Shown here piece by piece: positions 1-10,086 of a stretch of 45,602 bases of DNA. Position 1 is the first letter of the stretch, and each line of letters begins with the position of its first letter. Made by a program: the position numbers and the translations under genes. This stretch comes from Bacillota bacterium (GTDB lineage: Bacteria > Bacteroidota > Ignavibacteria > Ignavibacteriales > SURF-24). Location: assembly GCA_050262615.1 (NCBI GenBank), contig JBLNEL010000119.1:1-45602 (forward strand). Reading direction: 5' to 3'. Under the pieces are notes generated by a model. It did no database searches and was not told the DNA's origin. It worked only from the letters and a program-made list of their open reading frames with translations.

Positions 1-1704
1 AAGCTTATCTCTGAATTCTCTTAAAACCAGATTGCTCAGATTGAAAGTCAGGAAAGTATCAATAACCTCTGCCTTATAGACCGGAGAACCAGTGATCCTG
101 ACTTTTACCTCTTTTTCATCATTGAAGTTGTTTAATTCAATGTCTTCAGGAGTTGATATTATGCTGCCTGCAAGCTTTGCCTTAAAATGCTCCGTAACCC
201 TGTTTCTATCCTGACCATAGAATTGCTCTCTTAAACGCTGAGCAAATGACCCGCTATAGGAGATCTCAAGGGAATCTTTTAATTCATAACTTCCTGTTAT
301 CTGCAGCCTGTGGATCTCTGATGAAATATTGTTCTCCGGTTTATCTGTAAATGAATACTTTTTATGTATGCATGTTTCTTCATCTATAACAGGCATATTG
401 ATGTTATTTAAATACCAGGGATTCTCATAAACCGTGGGAAGTGATCTGTCAAAATCATATAGCCTTTCTTTTCCATCAATTTCTACTAACAGACCAATTC
501 TGTCGAACCATACCATCGACGGCATTTCATTATGATAAGCTCCTTCTCTTCTGTCCCTGATAAAGACCGCTTTTGACTTTACGCCCCATCTCTCTAGTAT
601 CTTGTACATGATAAATGCAACGTCGGTTGAATTTCCTTTTTTTTCCTCAAACATGTCATCAATATTATCCGATTTCGGATATAAAAAATTCATGTCTTCT
701 AAGAAGAAATACTTCCTTAAAGCTGTATATAATTTGTCAGTTTTTGTTATGGTTAGACTATCTTCATTTTTCTTAAAACCAAGACTTTGTATCTGGCTTC
801 CGCTTACTGAACCTTTATCAAGTATCTTATCATAATATCGGCTTACTAGACTGTTCCAGTCACCTTCATCCCCTACATATTTTTTTATCTGATAATATCC
901 TGACATCATGCCGCGCTCGGCTAGAGGGGGCGAGAATGGCTCCTTTGGCGTTCCAAGCACGCTGCGCATACTCCAGAAATATGTCTCGCCATCGCCGTAA
1001 TTATTACTTAACTGCTGAACCTTCGGCTCTCCTACCTTGTCTGCCGGAAAACTCTTAAAGACATATTGTTTTTGACTTGGCAGTGTAATGTAAAGATTTG
1101 AGTATAGAGCTGTATCTTCATCATCATATATATACAGAGCTGAAGAGTAGGAAGAAAATAACTCCACTCCCTGATATTCAATCTGCAGGACATCCTCTGG
1201 AGCAAGATTAGGTACATTAAATATTGCCTTTCGCGCAAGCGGATCACCAAGCTTGTCTTTGTCTGTAATTATTATCTTGATCTCACTTTCCGGCATATTA
1301 TAAATTGTGCCGTCAGGCTTTAATACCCTTACCTTTGCTTCAAACCCATTTTTGATTTCATTACCAAAGGGCTCAAGATATTTATATTCAAAATTACCAT
1401 ACTTTTTTACGCCGGATTCATTTAACAGCTTTACTATCAGCACCTTTCGGAATATACTGTTATTCGAAGGTATGTCTACTCCGAAATAAAAATACTCGCC
1501 CTGTGATATCTGAAGACTCTGTTCTTTAATTATTATCAAAGCATCTGAATTGGGAAATTTTTCCTTGGTTATTTGCCGTAATAATTCTTTGGCCGGAAGC
1601 GGCCTGGTAAATCCCTCCTGCGCTAAAACAACTGAAGATGCTATTATTAGTAATAAAATAATTAACAGCGGGGAGATGGTCTGTCTGAATAATTTTCTTT
1701 TCAT
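1..1704 (-). CDS. DUF3857 + transglutaminase-like secreted protein with degenerate catalytic site; 3' end runs off the window
   Basis: Not in the ORF track because no stop lies in the window. Manual translation from ATG at 1704 is open to position 1 (568 codons): MKRKLFRQTISPLLIILLLIIASSVVLAQ (signal peptide), then KFPNSDALIIIKE, AKVRVLKPDG and FNVPNLAPEDVLQIEY (DUF3857-like), and KKGNSTDVA...WFDRIGL...LYDFD in the transglutaminase-core position. Starts 20 bp after the stop of its paralogue. Confidence 0.8.
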   Translation of the reverse strand, partial: MKRKLFRQTISPLLIILLLIIASSVVLAQEGFTRPLPAKELLRQITKEKFPNSDALIIIKEQSLQISQGEYFYFGVDIPSNNSIFRKVLIVKLLNESGVKKYGNFEYKYLEPFGNEIKNGFEAKVRVLKPDGTIYNMPESEIKIIITDKDKLGDPLARKAIFNVPNLAPEDVLQIEYQGVELFSSYSSALYIYDDEDTALYSNLYITLPSQKQYVFKSFPADKVGEPKVQQLSNNYGDGETYFWSMRSVLGTPKEPFSPPLAERGMMSGYYQIKKYVGDEGDWNSLVSRYYDKILDKGSVSGSQIQSLGFKKNEDSLTITKTDKLYTALRKYFFLEDMNFLYPKSDNIDDMFEEKKGNSTDVAFIMYKILERWGVKSKAVFIRDRREGAYHNEMPSMVWFDRIGLLVEIDGKERLYDFDRSLPTVYENPWYLNNINMPVIDEETCIHKKYSFTDKPENNISSEIHRLQITGSYELKDSLEISYSGSFAQRLREQFYGQDRNRVTEHFKAKLAGSIISTPEDIELNNFNDEKEVKVRITGSPVYKAEVIDTFLTFNLSNLVLREFRDKL

Positions 1705-1724
1705 TAATATTTGTCTGTTTGTTT

Positions 1725-3554
1725 TCATTTCTGGATCTTGGGAATTAGTTTTAGTTTTTTGTTTAGCTCAGTATAAACTTTATTGAATCTGGCATAAAAA
1801 TCATTTCTTAAGGATTCATCTGTAAACGGACCAATCGGCAAACTGTATGAGTACCTGAAACATGCTTCTTTTTGCTCACCAGTCTGCTCTGCATCGCTCA
1901 TTTCAGGAAAACTAACCTCTATATTAACTCTGCTGAATTTGGGGAAGTAAAATAACTTTTCTGTCTTTTCTGAAGAATTCACAAAAAACAGATCAGGAAA
2001 TATTTTGCTTATGCTTGTGTATTTGGCCTGTGATATCCTGGTAAATGAATTTGGAAATTTCCCCCTTAGATATACTACAAAATTTCCTTTTTCTTCCTGC
2101 CATTTAATATCTGTAACTGAGAGATTCCGGCTCAGATTTTCTGATAACCACTCTGTGAGCATGTCTCTCATATCAGCTCTGTTTAAAAAGATCGACGGGT
2201 AAAAGAAATCAATTGCGTATTGCTCGCTGAAGGTAAGTGTTAGATCACCTGAGAATATATCACCGCTTTCTTTTAGTGTGCCTTTTAATGTAAATAAGTT
2301 GGCTTCATTTTCTTTTATCTGAACTATCCTGCTATTATCCTTTTCCAGTACCAGCGCCATCTGATTTGCCAGATCAAAAGTTGTTATTCCGGGTCTGCTT
2401 ATTCTGTTTGTCCCGTCATACCAGTAGTCTTTGCCTTTATCTGAAAAATGTACTATCATGTGATTGAACTGAGAGACAGCAATATTACTTATAAATTCTC
2501 TTCCCCGGCCCCTGAAACATAGTGCTAGCTCGGTATTTATTCCCAGACTCTGGGCTAACGAATATATAATCGCAGAGTAATCCTTGCAATCCCCGAATTT
2601 TCTCTGTAAGATAAGCGAACAATCATTGGGAATGATTTCACCCCCTTTTATACTAACCTGCTCATACCTTATATTCTTCTGACAATAATTAAATATGGCA
2701 TCCAGCTTTTCTTTGGGATCAGTTATCCCCCTGGTTATTTCAGCAGCAAGTGCTTTAATTTCTTCATTACTTTTGACTTTATCAGCTATAAGCTTCTGAT
2801 ACCAGTTCCCAAATGAGATCCATGGATCATCTTTCCCGGAATTTGTGCCGCCGTCAGTAAAGGAGGCTATTAGTGCAGGTCCGTTATTCCGCTTTTCAAA
2901 AACACTGACTAATGGATTTCTTTTATAATCGGACCAGGTAAATAGGTATGTCTTTTTATTATCCTCTGATCTTAATTCCGGCTTAACTGTGCTGTTAACT
3001 GTTAAATAATGAAGATTGCCTGCATCCGGAACTGCTATCTCACACTTTACTGTATCTGCCTCTACACCCGCTTCTGCAAGGTTGAAAATAAAACCAAGAT
3101 TTGGAAAACCCTGATGCTGGCAATAAATAACTTCTAGAAACTGATCATCACGGGACTTCTCCTTAAGCTCTAATTGATAGATAGCTGATTCTGTTATCTG
3201 CCGGCTGGAACTTATATTGTGCTCTGAAAGCTCACTTTTGCCGTATTCAATCGATGATCCGTCTTTTTTTATAACCCTGGCATAAAAATAATCCAGCTCA
3301 TCCATTGAACTTAAATATAAAGAAAAGTACTGCGCCTGGTCTGTCATTTCTCCTGAGAGCTTAACCAGCTCGTGCGTTGTAATTAGTAAATTTCCTCTAC
3401 TTGTTAGTTCCGCCTTCTTCTTAAAGTACAGGGTATGATTGTTGCCCGGAGATAAGGAACTGAACTTTCTTACGTATTCATCACTTAAAAAATAACTGCT
3501 GCTGCATCCATATATAAATGAAAGCATGAGAATAACAATAAACTTCAATTTCAT
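1725..3554 (-). CDS. DUF3857 / transglutaminase-like lipoprotein
   Basis: 609 aa; lipobox-like IYGC at residue 17; ARVIKKDG; intact Cys-His-Asp core (QKNIRY, FGDCKD, FNHMIV, WYDGT). Confidence 0.85.
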   Translation of the reverse strand: MKLKFIVILMLSFIYGCSSSYFLSDEYVRKFSSLSPGNNHTLYFKKKAELTSRGNLLITTHELVKLSGEMTDQAQYFSLYLSSMDELDYFYARVIKKDGSSIEYGKSELSEHNISSSRQITESAIYQLELKEKSRDDQFLEVIYCQHQGFPNLGFIFNLAEAGVEADTVKCEIAVPDAGNLHYLTVNSTVKPELRSEDNKKTYLFTWSDYKRNPLVSVFEKRNNGPALIASFTDGGTNSGKDDPWISFGNWYQKLIADKVKSNEEIKALAAEITRGITDPKEKLDAIFNYCQKNIRYEQVSIKGGEIIPNDCSLILQRKFGDCKDYSAIIYSLAQSLGINTELALCFRGRGREFISNIAVSQFNHMIVHFSDKGKDYWYDGTNRISRPGITTFDLANQMALVLEKDNSRIVQIKENEANLFTLKGTLKESGDIFSGDLTLTFSEQYAIDFFYPSIFLNRADMRDMLTEWLSENLSRNLSVTDIKWQEEKGNFVVYLRGKFPNSFTRISQAKYTSISKIFPDLFFVNSSEKTEKLFYFPKFSRVNIEVSFPEMSDAEQTGEQKEACFRYSYSLPIGPFTDESLRNDFYARFNKVYTELNKKLKLIPKIQK

Positions 3555-3730
3555 TGCTTGGAGTCTTTAATGGTTTAACTGAGATTATTTATATAAGGCA
3601 AATATTATTGAGGAGGAGGAATGTATAAAAATGCCACCGCAAATTTATAAATAAATTACAGGCAGTCAAAAGTATTTTCTTCTGTTTTCGACTTTAGGTA
3701 GCCCCTATTTTTAGTTTGTATCATTTGATA

Positions 3731-5026
3731 CTATTTTAGTAGCAGCATCTTTTTAGTATCTCTGATGCCGTCAGCTTCAACCTGGTATATATACATCCCG
3801 CTTGGAAGTGATGAAGCATCGAAATAAAGACTGTGGAATCCTGAGTCTTCAGGCTTTTCTTTTGTTTCTGTGACCTGATTTCCCAAAATATCAATAATTT
3901 TCAGCTTCACATTCGATGGCTTAACTAAATAATAGCTTATTGTTGTAGAGGAATTAAAAGGATTTGGATAATTCTGCATCAGGAAAATTCCGGAAGGATT
4001 TACTTTTTTTTCATAACGCGGGGCGCTGGTTAATGTTCCTTGTGCCCTGGAAATAAGTATGCTCAGTCCTGCCCTTGCAGCTTCTGTACAATATTCAATG
4101 TTGCAGTTTGATATTACATCTTCTGATGTGTGATAGTAAGGATTGAATTTGTCTTCAAAAAGAAAAATGGCAGGAAATCCGAACTGTGCAAAAGGTGCGC
4201 TGTCAGCCCCAAGGTCTCCTGTGCCTTTGACTGGAGTAAGCTTTGTGTACTTTCGTGTGTATTCAAACATCTCATCAAGCAGGTATTCAAATCCGGTGTA
4301 ATATTCAAATTTCAGCGAGCTTTCTGATACCGGAACAGGTGAGTATCCTATCATATCAAGATTTATCATGAGTGATATTTTCTGGCCGGAATATTTTGCC
4401 TTCAGGGCATATGTTACGCTTCCCGACATACTTGTTCTCATTAATTCTTCTGCACAAAACAATATAAGCTTAACAGTCGATTCAGGCTGATACTTGTTCT
4501 GCTTAAGAATTCTTGCAATTTCAAGAACAGCACCTGTACCGCTTGCATTGTCATCTGCACCGGGAGCAGACCCGGTAAGTGTTTTTGAATATGAATCGTA
4601 ATGCGCCCCGAGAATAATTACATCCTCTGGCCTTGTCTTGCCCGGAATAGTTACTATAATATTCCTTTGCCAGTTGGTTGTACTCTTTACTCCATTTCCA
4701 TAATAGATCATTGTACATTCAAATGAGTCGGCCTGTATATCTGAATAACCATAGGAATATAATTTATTCTTCAGCCATATGGCAGCTTTGCTGCTTTGTT
4801 CCTGCAGAAATGAAAGCCGCGTTCCGAAGTCTTGAAGTGCCTGCATATTCGCTCTTATACTATCGGAATTTATCTGCCAGGCAAGAGCCTTTATTAGTGT
4901 GTCAGTGTTCGATTCTTCTTTTTTTATATTAAAAGCCTGATTGCTGCTGGTCAAAATTATAAGACAGAGAAATGATGAAAAGATGAGCCTTTGTAATTTG
5001 TATCTGCACGCTATTTTATTTTTCAT
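3731..5026 (-). CDS. M28-family zinc aminopeptidase with T9SS type A C-terminal sorting domain
   Basis: Zinc-ligand motifs GAHYDS, GADDNASG, AEE, NLDMIG and YYHT; signal peptide; C-terminal [11 protein letters not shown]...KKMLLLK. Confidence 0.9.
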   Translation of the reverse strand: MKNKIACRYKLQRLIFSSFLCLIILTSSNQAFNIKKEESNTDTLIKALAWQINSDSIRANMQALQDFGTRLSFLQEQSSKAAIWLKNKLYSYGYSDIQADSFECTMIYYGNGVKSTTNWQRNIIVTIPGKTRPEDVIILGAHYDSYSKTLTGSAPGADDNASGTGAVLEIARILKQNKYQPESTVKLILFCAEELMRTSMSGSVTYALKAKYSGQKISLMINLDMIGYSPVPVSESSLKFEYYTGFEYLLDEMFEYTRKYTKLTPVKGTGDLGADSAPFAQFGFPAIFLFEDKFNPYYHTSEDVISNCNIEYCTEAARAGLSILISRAQGTLTSAPRYEKKVNPSGIFLMQNYPNPFNSSTTISYYLVKPSNVKLKIIDILGNQVTETKEKPEDSGFHSLYFDASSLPSGMYIYQVEADGIRDTKKMLLLK

Positions 5027-5151
5027 TGCACTTCTTCAGGATTTTGCCTGAAAAATAATAAACCGCGCAAAAACAAATGCAGCTTTTATATAAGCATTAT
5101 CCGGAAAAGGATAGATGGCAAAATAACTTGACCTGTGGCATTTACCAGGCG

Positions 5152-6348
5152 TTATTTTGTTTTAACTCTTAGTGAAAGAGTATACAACCCTGAAAGCAGT
5201 AATATCATTACTATAAGAAATATAGGTATAACTTCAAGCGAAGTCTGCCTTGCAAGAGCTCCTGCAAGCCCGGGAAGTACTGCAACACCAAGTCCTGCAG
5301 CACCGATCTGCATGCCTATAGTATTTGCAATAAACTTTGGACTTACGCGGTCTTTAGTGCCGGAGACCATACCTGGAAAGATCGGAGCAATCGCAAAACC
5401 GATAATTGCAACCCCTGTCAGACTTCCCGCCTCTCCTGTATCTAATAGCAGCAGGACTGCACCTGCAAATGCTGCAGAAAGACTTATTATTATTAACTTG
5501 CGCAGTGTTATATACCTGGTATAAACTCCTGCAATTATACGACCTATTGTAAATGACGCCCAATAACTGCCTACAAATAAGCCTGCTATTTCTGGCCTTA
5601 TCCCTCTTGATTCGGTAAGCAAAGTGTAAGCCCAGTTCCCTAGTGAAGCCTCAACTCCCGCATAAATAAAAAATAATAGAATACTTATCCATACACTTAC
5701 TTGCCGGAGTGTCTGATTAAGCGGAGTCCTGTAATCTGTAATGTTGTCCCTGACCTCAGCATTGCTGTTTTTATTACCTTCATTTTTCCCATGCCACATC
5801 GATGCCGACAAGGCAAAGGAGATGGCAAGTATTACCTGCGCAGTTCCAACAACAGTATAACCTAAACGCCATGAATTATAAAAATTAATTCCTGCAGTCA
5901 TTATTATAGGCCCAAGCGTTATTCCGATCCCGAAACTGGCATGAAGCCACTGCATCTGGCTCTCGGCAAAATTAGCTGCAACATAATTATTAATGCCGGC
6001 ATCGATTGCTCCGGCACCTAAACCTGCAAAAGCACCTAAAATGATTATCATCCACCAGACAGGAGCTAGTGTGTAACCTATTAACCCTAAACCGGTTAAT
6101 GCACAGCTGGCTGCAAGTAACCCCCCGACACCCAGATAAGACATTATACGCCCGCTTAAAAAGCTCGAGGTTAAATAACCTGCCATCGAGGCAAACAGCA
6201 ATAACCCAAGTGAATCGATTGGCAGTGAGAAGTTTTTCCTTATCGAGGGCCATGCAACACCAAGCAGACCGTCAGGCAGCCCAAGTGATATGAAGGCAAC
6301 ATAGGCAAGAATTATCAGACCGGCTTTTTTACTTTTTCCTCTTTCCAT
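5152..6348 (-). CDS. MFS transporter (fucose-permease-like subgroup)
   Basis: 398 aa, about 12 hydrophobic segments; AFISLGLPDGLLGVAWP, GLGAGAIDAGINNY and MQWLHASFGIG motifs. Confidence 0.88.
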   Translation of the reverse strand: MERGKSKKAGLIILAYVAFISLGLPDGLLGVAWPSIRKNFSLPIDSLGLLLFASMAGYLTSSFLSGRIMSYLGVGGLLAASCALTGLGLIGYTLAPVWWMIIILGAFAGLGAGAIDAGINNYVAANFAESQMQWLHASFGIGITLGPIIMTAGINFYNSWRLGYTVVGTAQVILAISFALSASMWHGKNEGNKNSNAEVRDNITDYRTPLNQTLRQVSVWISILLFFIYAGVEASLGNWAYTLLTESRGIRPEIAGLFVGSYWASFTIGRIIAGVYTRYITLRKLIIISLSAAFAGAVLLLLDTGEAGSLTGVAIIGFAIAPIFPGMVSGTKDRVSPKFIANTIGMQIGAAGLGVAVLPGLAGALARQTSLEVIPIFLIVMILLLSGLYTLSLRVKTK

Positions 6349-6441
6349 GCTTTTCCCTGTTTTCAGGCTTTTTCTTGATCTTCAGGCTTTTTTATCCTCA
6401 GCTTAGCTTTAAGTTTAACTCAACTTACATTAAGAAGCCTC

Positions 6442-8415
6442 TTACTTCAATGGAATCCTTAGAGTCACAGACGTCCCTTTGTTTACCTTACTTTCCACAG
6501 AAATGCTGCCTGAATGCTTTTCAATAATTTCCCTGCACAATATCAACCCTAACCCTGTGCCGATCTCATTTGCTGTTCCTTTTGTCGAATGATGAATATC
6601 TATTCTGAATAACTTCTTCAGATCTTCTTCTTCAATCCCGGTACCATTGTCCTCAACCTTAATCTCAATTATATCACCTCTCTGAAATGCACAGACCCTG
6701 ATTTGTCCGTTAGCCCTGCTGAACTTGATGCTGTTTGAAATCAGATTCCTCATTACTAGACATAGCATATTTGCATCTGCATTTACTATTATATCCTCAT
6801 CAATGCTGTTTAATACCTTTATGTTCTTCTGCGATGCACAGAGCTCAAGCGGCTTGATGATCTTGCAGAATTCATTGTGTAAGGCAATCTGTACTTTATT
6901 AATTGTCAGCCTGCCTGTCTGAAGACGTGACCAGTCAAGCAGATCGTTAAGAAGCTGATACTGATTCTGAAGCGATATACTTAACCCTTCACTTAAGCTC
7001 CTTATCTCCTCTTTCTTAAGACTTTCAGATTCGCTTGCAAGAAGCTCGGTCACACTTAGCAGAGCCTGAAACGGCCCTCTCAGATCGTGAGCTATTATTG
7101 AAAAGAATCTGTCCTTGGCTTCATTAAGTTCCTGCAGTTTTGAGTTAAGTTCATTTAACTTCTTATTCATTTTGCGCTTACTGACATATCCCAGGATGAT
7201 CAACATCACTATAATTAAAGACAAGAAAAGTGTGATGCTTAAGTACCTGACAAATATCTTCTGCCTGTTAAGCTCGGCTTCCTGTTCTTTTTTTATTTTT
7301 TCTAATCTGTAATCAAATTCCAGCTTTGTCAGTTTTTTTATTTTTTCTACACTTTTTATACTGTCAGATGAATTGTGAAATAGTGTGAAGTAATAATAAG
7401 CTTTTCTGTAGTCACCTAGTTTTTCATAACCATTCTTTAATATTCCGGCAGCTATGGAAATATTTTCCTGTGAGTTTATTGGCTGTGCATTTTTAAGCGC
7501 AGTCTGCGCATGCAGCAGCGCAGGTGCAATAAGCCCCTGCTTTTCATAGATTGATGCTATTCCATTCTCTACATCGGCTATACCGTTCCTGTCTTCTAGT
7601 TCATTATAGTTCTTAAGCGATAACCTGTAGAACTTAAATGCATTTAATGTATCACCCGATTTCCTGTAAGTGCTGCCGATATTGTAGTAAGAGTATGCCT
7701 CTGATTTTCTGTTGCCTGTTTCTTTATTTATTTTTAACGCATCGTTGAAACACTCAAATGCTTTATCGTATTTTCCCATCTTTGCATATATATCGCCTAT
7801 ATTGTCCTTAACAATGGCAATCCCTGTTTTGTCATTTCTTTTTATACATATATCCAGCGATTTCTTAAGGTACTCAAGAGCATTATCATAACTGTTAAGC
7901 GAAAGATATACCAAAGCTATGTTGTTATATGAAGCCGATATGCCTTCTTCGTCTCCAAGCTCTTCTCTGACCTTTAATGACTTTAAGTGATTATCGACCG
8001 ATGCCAGGTAATTCCCGGAATAATAGTTTATTATTCCCAGAACATTTAATGAATTTCCTATGCCGGTCTTTAAGTTGAGCCTTTGCCGGATTTCAAGTGC
8101 TTTATTTGTAAAATCAACTGCCTTTTGATTATCAACGTTAATATAACAATAACCCAGACTCCCATAGCTTTCTGAAATACCCCTTTCGTAGCCAATTGAC
8201 TTTGCAAGCTCCAACCCTCTTTCAGCATATTCAATAGCACTTTTGTTGTTTATATAATTATAAATATCGGCAAGCTTGTTCAATGCATCAACTTTCCTCT
8301 CTCCGCTTAGCAATTTAAGCTGTCGGGTCAGACTGTCGGCTATGCTCTGCTGTGTATAAAGCTTTATATTAAAAAAAAGCAAAAAGAGAATAAATAACCT
8401 GAAAAAGCTCTTCAT
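6442..8415 (-). CDS. TPR-repeat sensor histidine kinase (no response regulator nearby)
   Basis: Signal peptide, multiple TPRs (SYNNIALVY, SLNVLGIINY), one TM helix, HisKA H-box IAHDLRGP, N-box NLISNSIKF, G boxes DNGTGI and GTGLGL. Confidence 0.92.
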   Translation of the reverse strand: MKSFFRLFILFLLFFNIKLYTQQSIADSLTRQLKLLSGERKVDALNKLADIYNYINNKSAIEYAERGLELAKSIGYERGISESYGSLGYCYINVDNQKAVDFTNKALEIRQRLNLKTGIGNSLNVLGIINYYSGNYLASVDNHLKSLKVREELGDEEGISASYNNIALVYLSLNSYDNALEYLKKSLDICIKRNDKTGIAIVKDNIGDIYAKMGKYDKAFECFNDALKINKETGNRKSEAYSYYNIGSTYRKSGDTLNAFKFYRLSLKNYNELEDRNGIADVENGIASIYEKQGLIAPALLHAQTALKNAQPINSQENISIAAGILKNGYEKLGDYRKAYYYFTLFHNSSDSIKSVEKIKKLTKLEFDYRLEKIKKEQEAELNRQKIFVRYLSITLFLSLIIVMLIILGYVSKRKMNKKLNELNSKLQELNEAKDRFFSIIAHDLRGPFQALLSVTELLASESESLKKEEIRSLSEGLSISLQNQYQLLNDLLDWSRLQTGRLTINKVQIALHNEFCKIIKPLELCASQKNIKVLNSIDEDIIVNADANMLCLVMRNLISNSIKFSRANGQIRVCAFQRGDIIEIKVEDNGTGIEEEDLKKLFRIDIHHSTKGTANEIGTGLGLILCREIIEKHSGSISVESKVNKGTSVTLRIPLK

Positions 8416-8693
8416 ATATATCTGCTCAGAAATATTTAACAGGATTTGTATAACTTATTTAAAAAATAATAGCATTAAACTTAATAAATTTCCCGAAGAA
8501 ACTTAAATAATAAAATATTTTGTACTTAATCTGGGATCCTGCCTTTGAAAATTACCCACCCTTTGCCTGGATCTACTTCCTAATTGACCTTATCTGTTTG
8601 ATGTTGATCATAACTATTCTGGATTTTCAGTTTTATTATGAAAGAACCTGAAATAAATAAGCCGAATAGTTTTGTATATGATCAGAATACATA

Positions 8694-8711
8694 AGAGAGA
8701 GAGAGAGAGAG
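8694..8711 (+). repeat. (AG)9 dinucleotide microsatellite 8 bp upstream of the glycosyltransferase start
   Basis: Read directly: AGAGAGAGAGAGAGAGAG then TGTGAACA ATG. Confidence 0.95.
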
Positions 8712-8719
8712 TGTGAACA

Positions 8720-9991
8720 ATGAAGATAGCCTTTGTTACACAGCCCAGAGACGGCATTGGGAAAAATACCTCATTAGGAATAATTACAATTGAACTTGCA
8801 CTTGCACTTAGCAAAGAATTTGAGATCCTGATCTACGGGAAAAGAAACCAAAATATTAAAGAGCAGAGCTATGAAAACACAAAAATAAAATATAAATATG
8901 TGACAATTAAACTGGATGATTTTATAATAAAACCTGTCCTTAAGATATTAAACCGTCTTGGACTAAACAGAAACAAACGCATGCCTGGCTTTGCATCCTC
9001 ATTTTATTATCTTATATACGCTTCACTTATTGGTCTGGATACAAGAATTCAAAACTGCCCTGTGATACATATTCATAACTATTCCCAGTTTGTACCCGTC
9101 ATCAGATTCTTTAATCCAAAAGCAAAAATTGTTCTGCATATGAACTGCGAATGGCTTACTCAGATCCATAAACCGTTAATCGAAAAACGCCTTAAAAAGG
9201 CCGACCTTGTCCTAAGCTGCAGTGACTTTGTTACTCAGAGAAATAAGGAAATTTTTCCCGGCTTAAAAGGTCTTTTCCATACACTTCATAATGGGGTAAA
9301 TACCGGTGAGTTTACATGCAGCAGAACTTTCAAGCCTGAAAAAAATAAAAGAAAAATACTTTTTACCGGAAGAGTCTCGCCTGAAAAGGGTGTGCATATC
9401 CTGGTCGACGCTTTTAATATGATAGCAGAAAAATTCCCTGAACTTGAACTTGAAATTATTGGCCCGCAGGGAGCTTCCTCCTTTATAACTGAACTTGACG
9501 ATAACCCGGTAATAAAGGACCTCGCACATTTCTACCATGGAAAGGATTATTTTACTTTCATTAAATCCAAAATAAAACCGGAACTTCAGGATAGAGTCAG
9601 ATTCTTAGGCTCTGTCGACCACACAAAATTACCTGAATATTACAGAAACTCCGATATATTCGTTTTCCCCTCTGTCTGGAACGAACCCTTCGGTATACCT
9701 GTAGTTGAAGCTATGGCCAGCTGCCTGCCGGTAATTGCTGCAAAAAGCGGCGGCATTACTGAGATCCTTGATAACGGGACTTATGGACTTACTGTCGAAT
9801 GCAGCAATACCTTGCAGCTTGCAGGCGCACTTGAACTCTTGCTAACTGATAATGATCTAATGAATAGATTTGCAAAAGCAGGCAAATGTAGAGCTGAAGA
9901 ATCATTTAGCTGGAAGTATATTGCTGAATGCCTGATAAAATTTTATAACCTGGATCTTAGAAAAAACCCTCCAGCAGTGATTCAGCAATAA
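8720..9991 (+). CDS. Glycosyltransferase family 4 (GT-B fold)
   Basis: LFTGRVSPEKGVHIL and the EX7E signature in FPSVWNEPFGIPVVEAMAS; IHIHNY in the N-domain. Confidence 0.93.
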   Translation: MKIAFVTQPRDGIGKNTSLGIITIELALALSKEFEILIYGKRNQNIKEQSYENTKIKYKYVTIKLDDFIIKPVLKILNRLGLNRNKRMPGFASSFYYLIYASLIGLDTRIQNCPVIHIHNYSQFVPVIRFFNPKAKIVLHMNCEWLTQIHKPLIEKRLKKADLVLSCSDFVTQRNKEIFPGLKGLFHTLHNGVNTGEFTCSRTFKPEKNKRKILFTGRVSPEKGVHILVDAFNMIAEKFPELELEIIGPQGASSFITELDDNPVIKDLAHFYHGKDYFTFIKSKIKPELQDRVRFLGSVDHTKLPEYYRNSDIFVFPSVWNEPFGIPVVEAMASCLPVIAAKSGGITEILDNGTYGLTVECSNTLQLAGALELLLTDNDLMNRFAKAGKCRAEESFSWKYIAECLIKFYNLDLRKNPPAVIQQ

Positions 9992-10000
9992 ACAAGCCTA

Positions 10001-10029
10001 AAACAGGCAGGAGATTACCCTGCCTGTTT
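10001..10029. terminator. Intrinsic terminator hairpin, probably bidirectional, between convergent genes
   Basis: AAACAGGCAGG-agattac-CCTGCCTGTTT, an 11-bp perfect stem with A/T flanks, 10 bp after the GT4 stop. Confidence 0.75.
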
Positions 10030-10086
10030 ATTTGAACTGAAAATTCAGCCCCGCATATTAAGTCGGGGTACTTATAAGTAATTTAT

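Noticed and set aside
1-6. Window starts with AAGCTT (HindIII) and ends near AGATCT (BglII), suggesting a clone insert
   Set aside because: Many internal AAGCTT sites exist, the two sites differ, and no vector sequence is seen; probably chance.
3610-3654. GAGGAGGAGGA followed by tiny plus-strand ORFs (MYKNATANL*, MPPQIYK*)
   Set aside because: SD spacing is poor, the peptides are 7-9 aa and antisense to the surrounding genes; no further support.
5041-5053. ATTTTGCCTGAAA shared with 31099-31111, both upstream of minus-strand genes
   Set aside because: A 13-mer match is expected by chance in AT-rich 45 kb, and the distances to the start codons differ.
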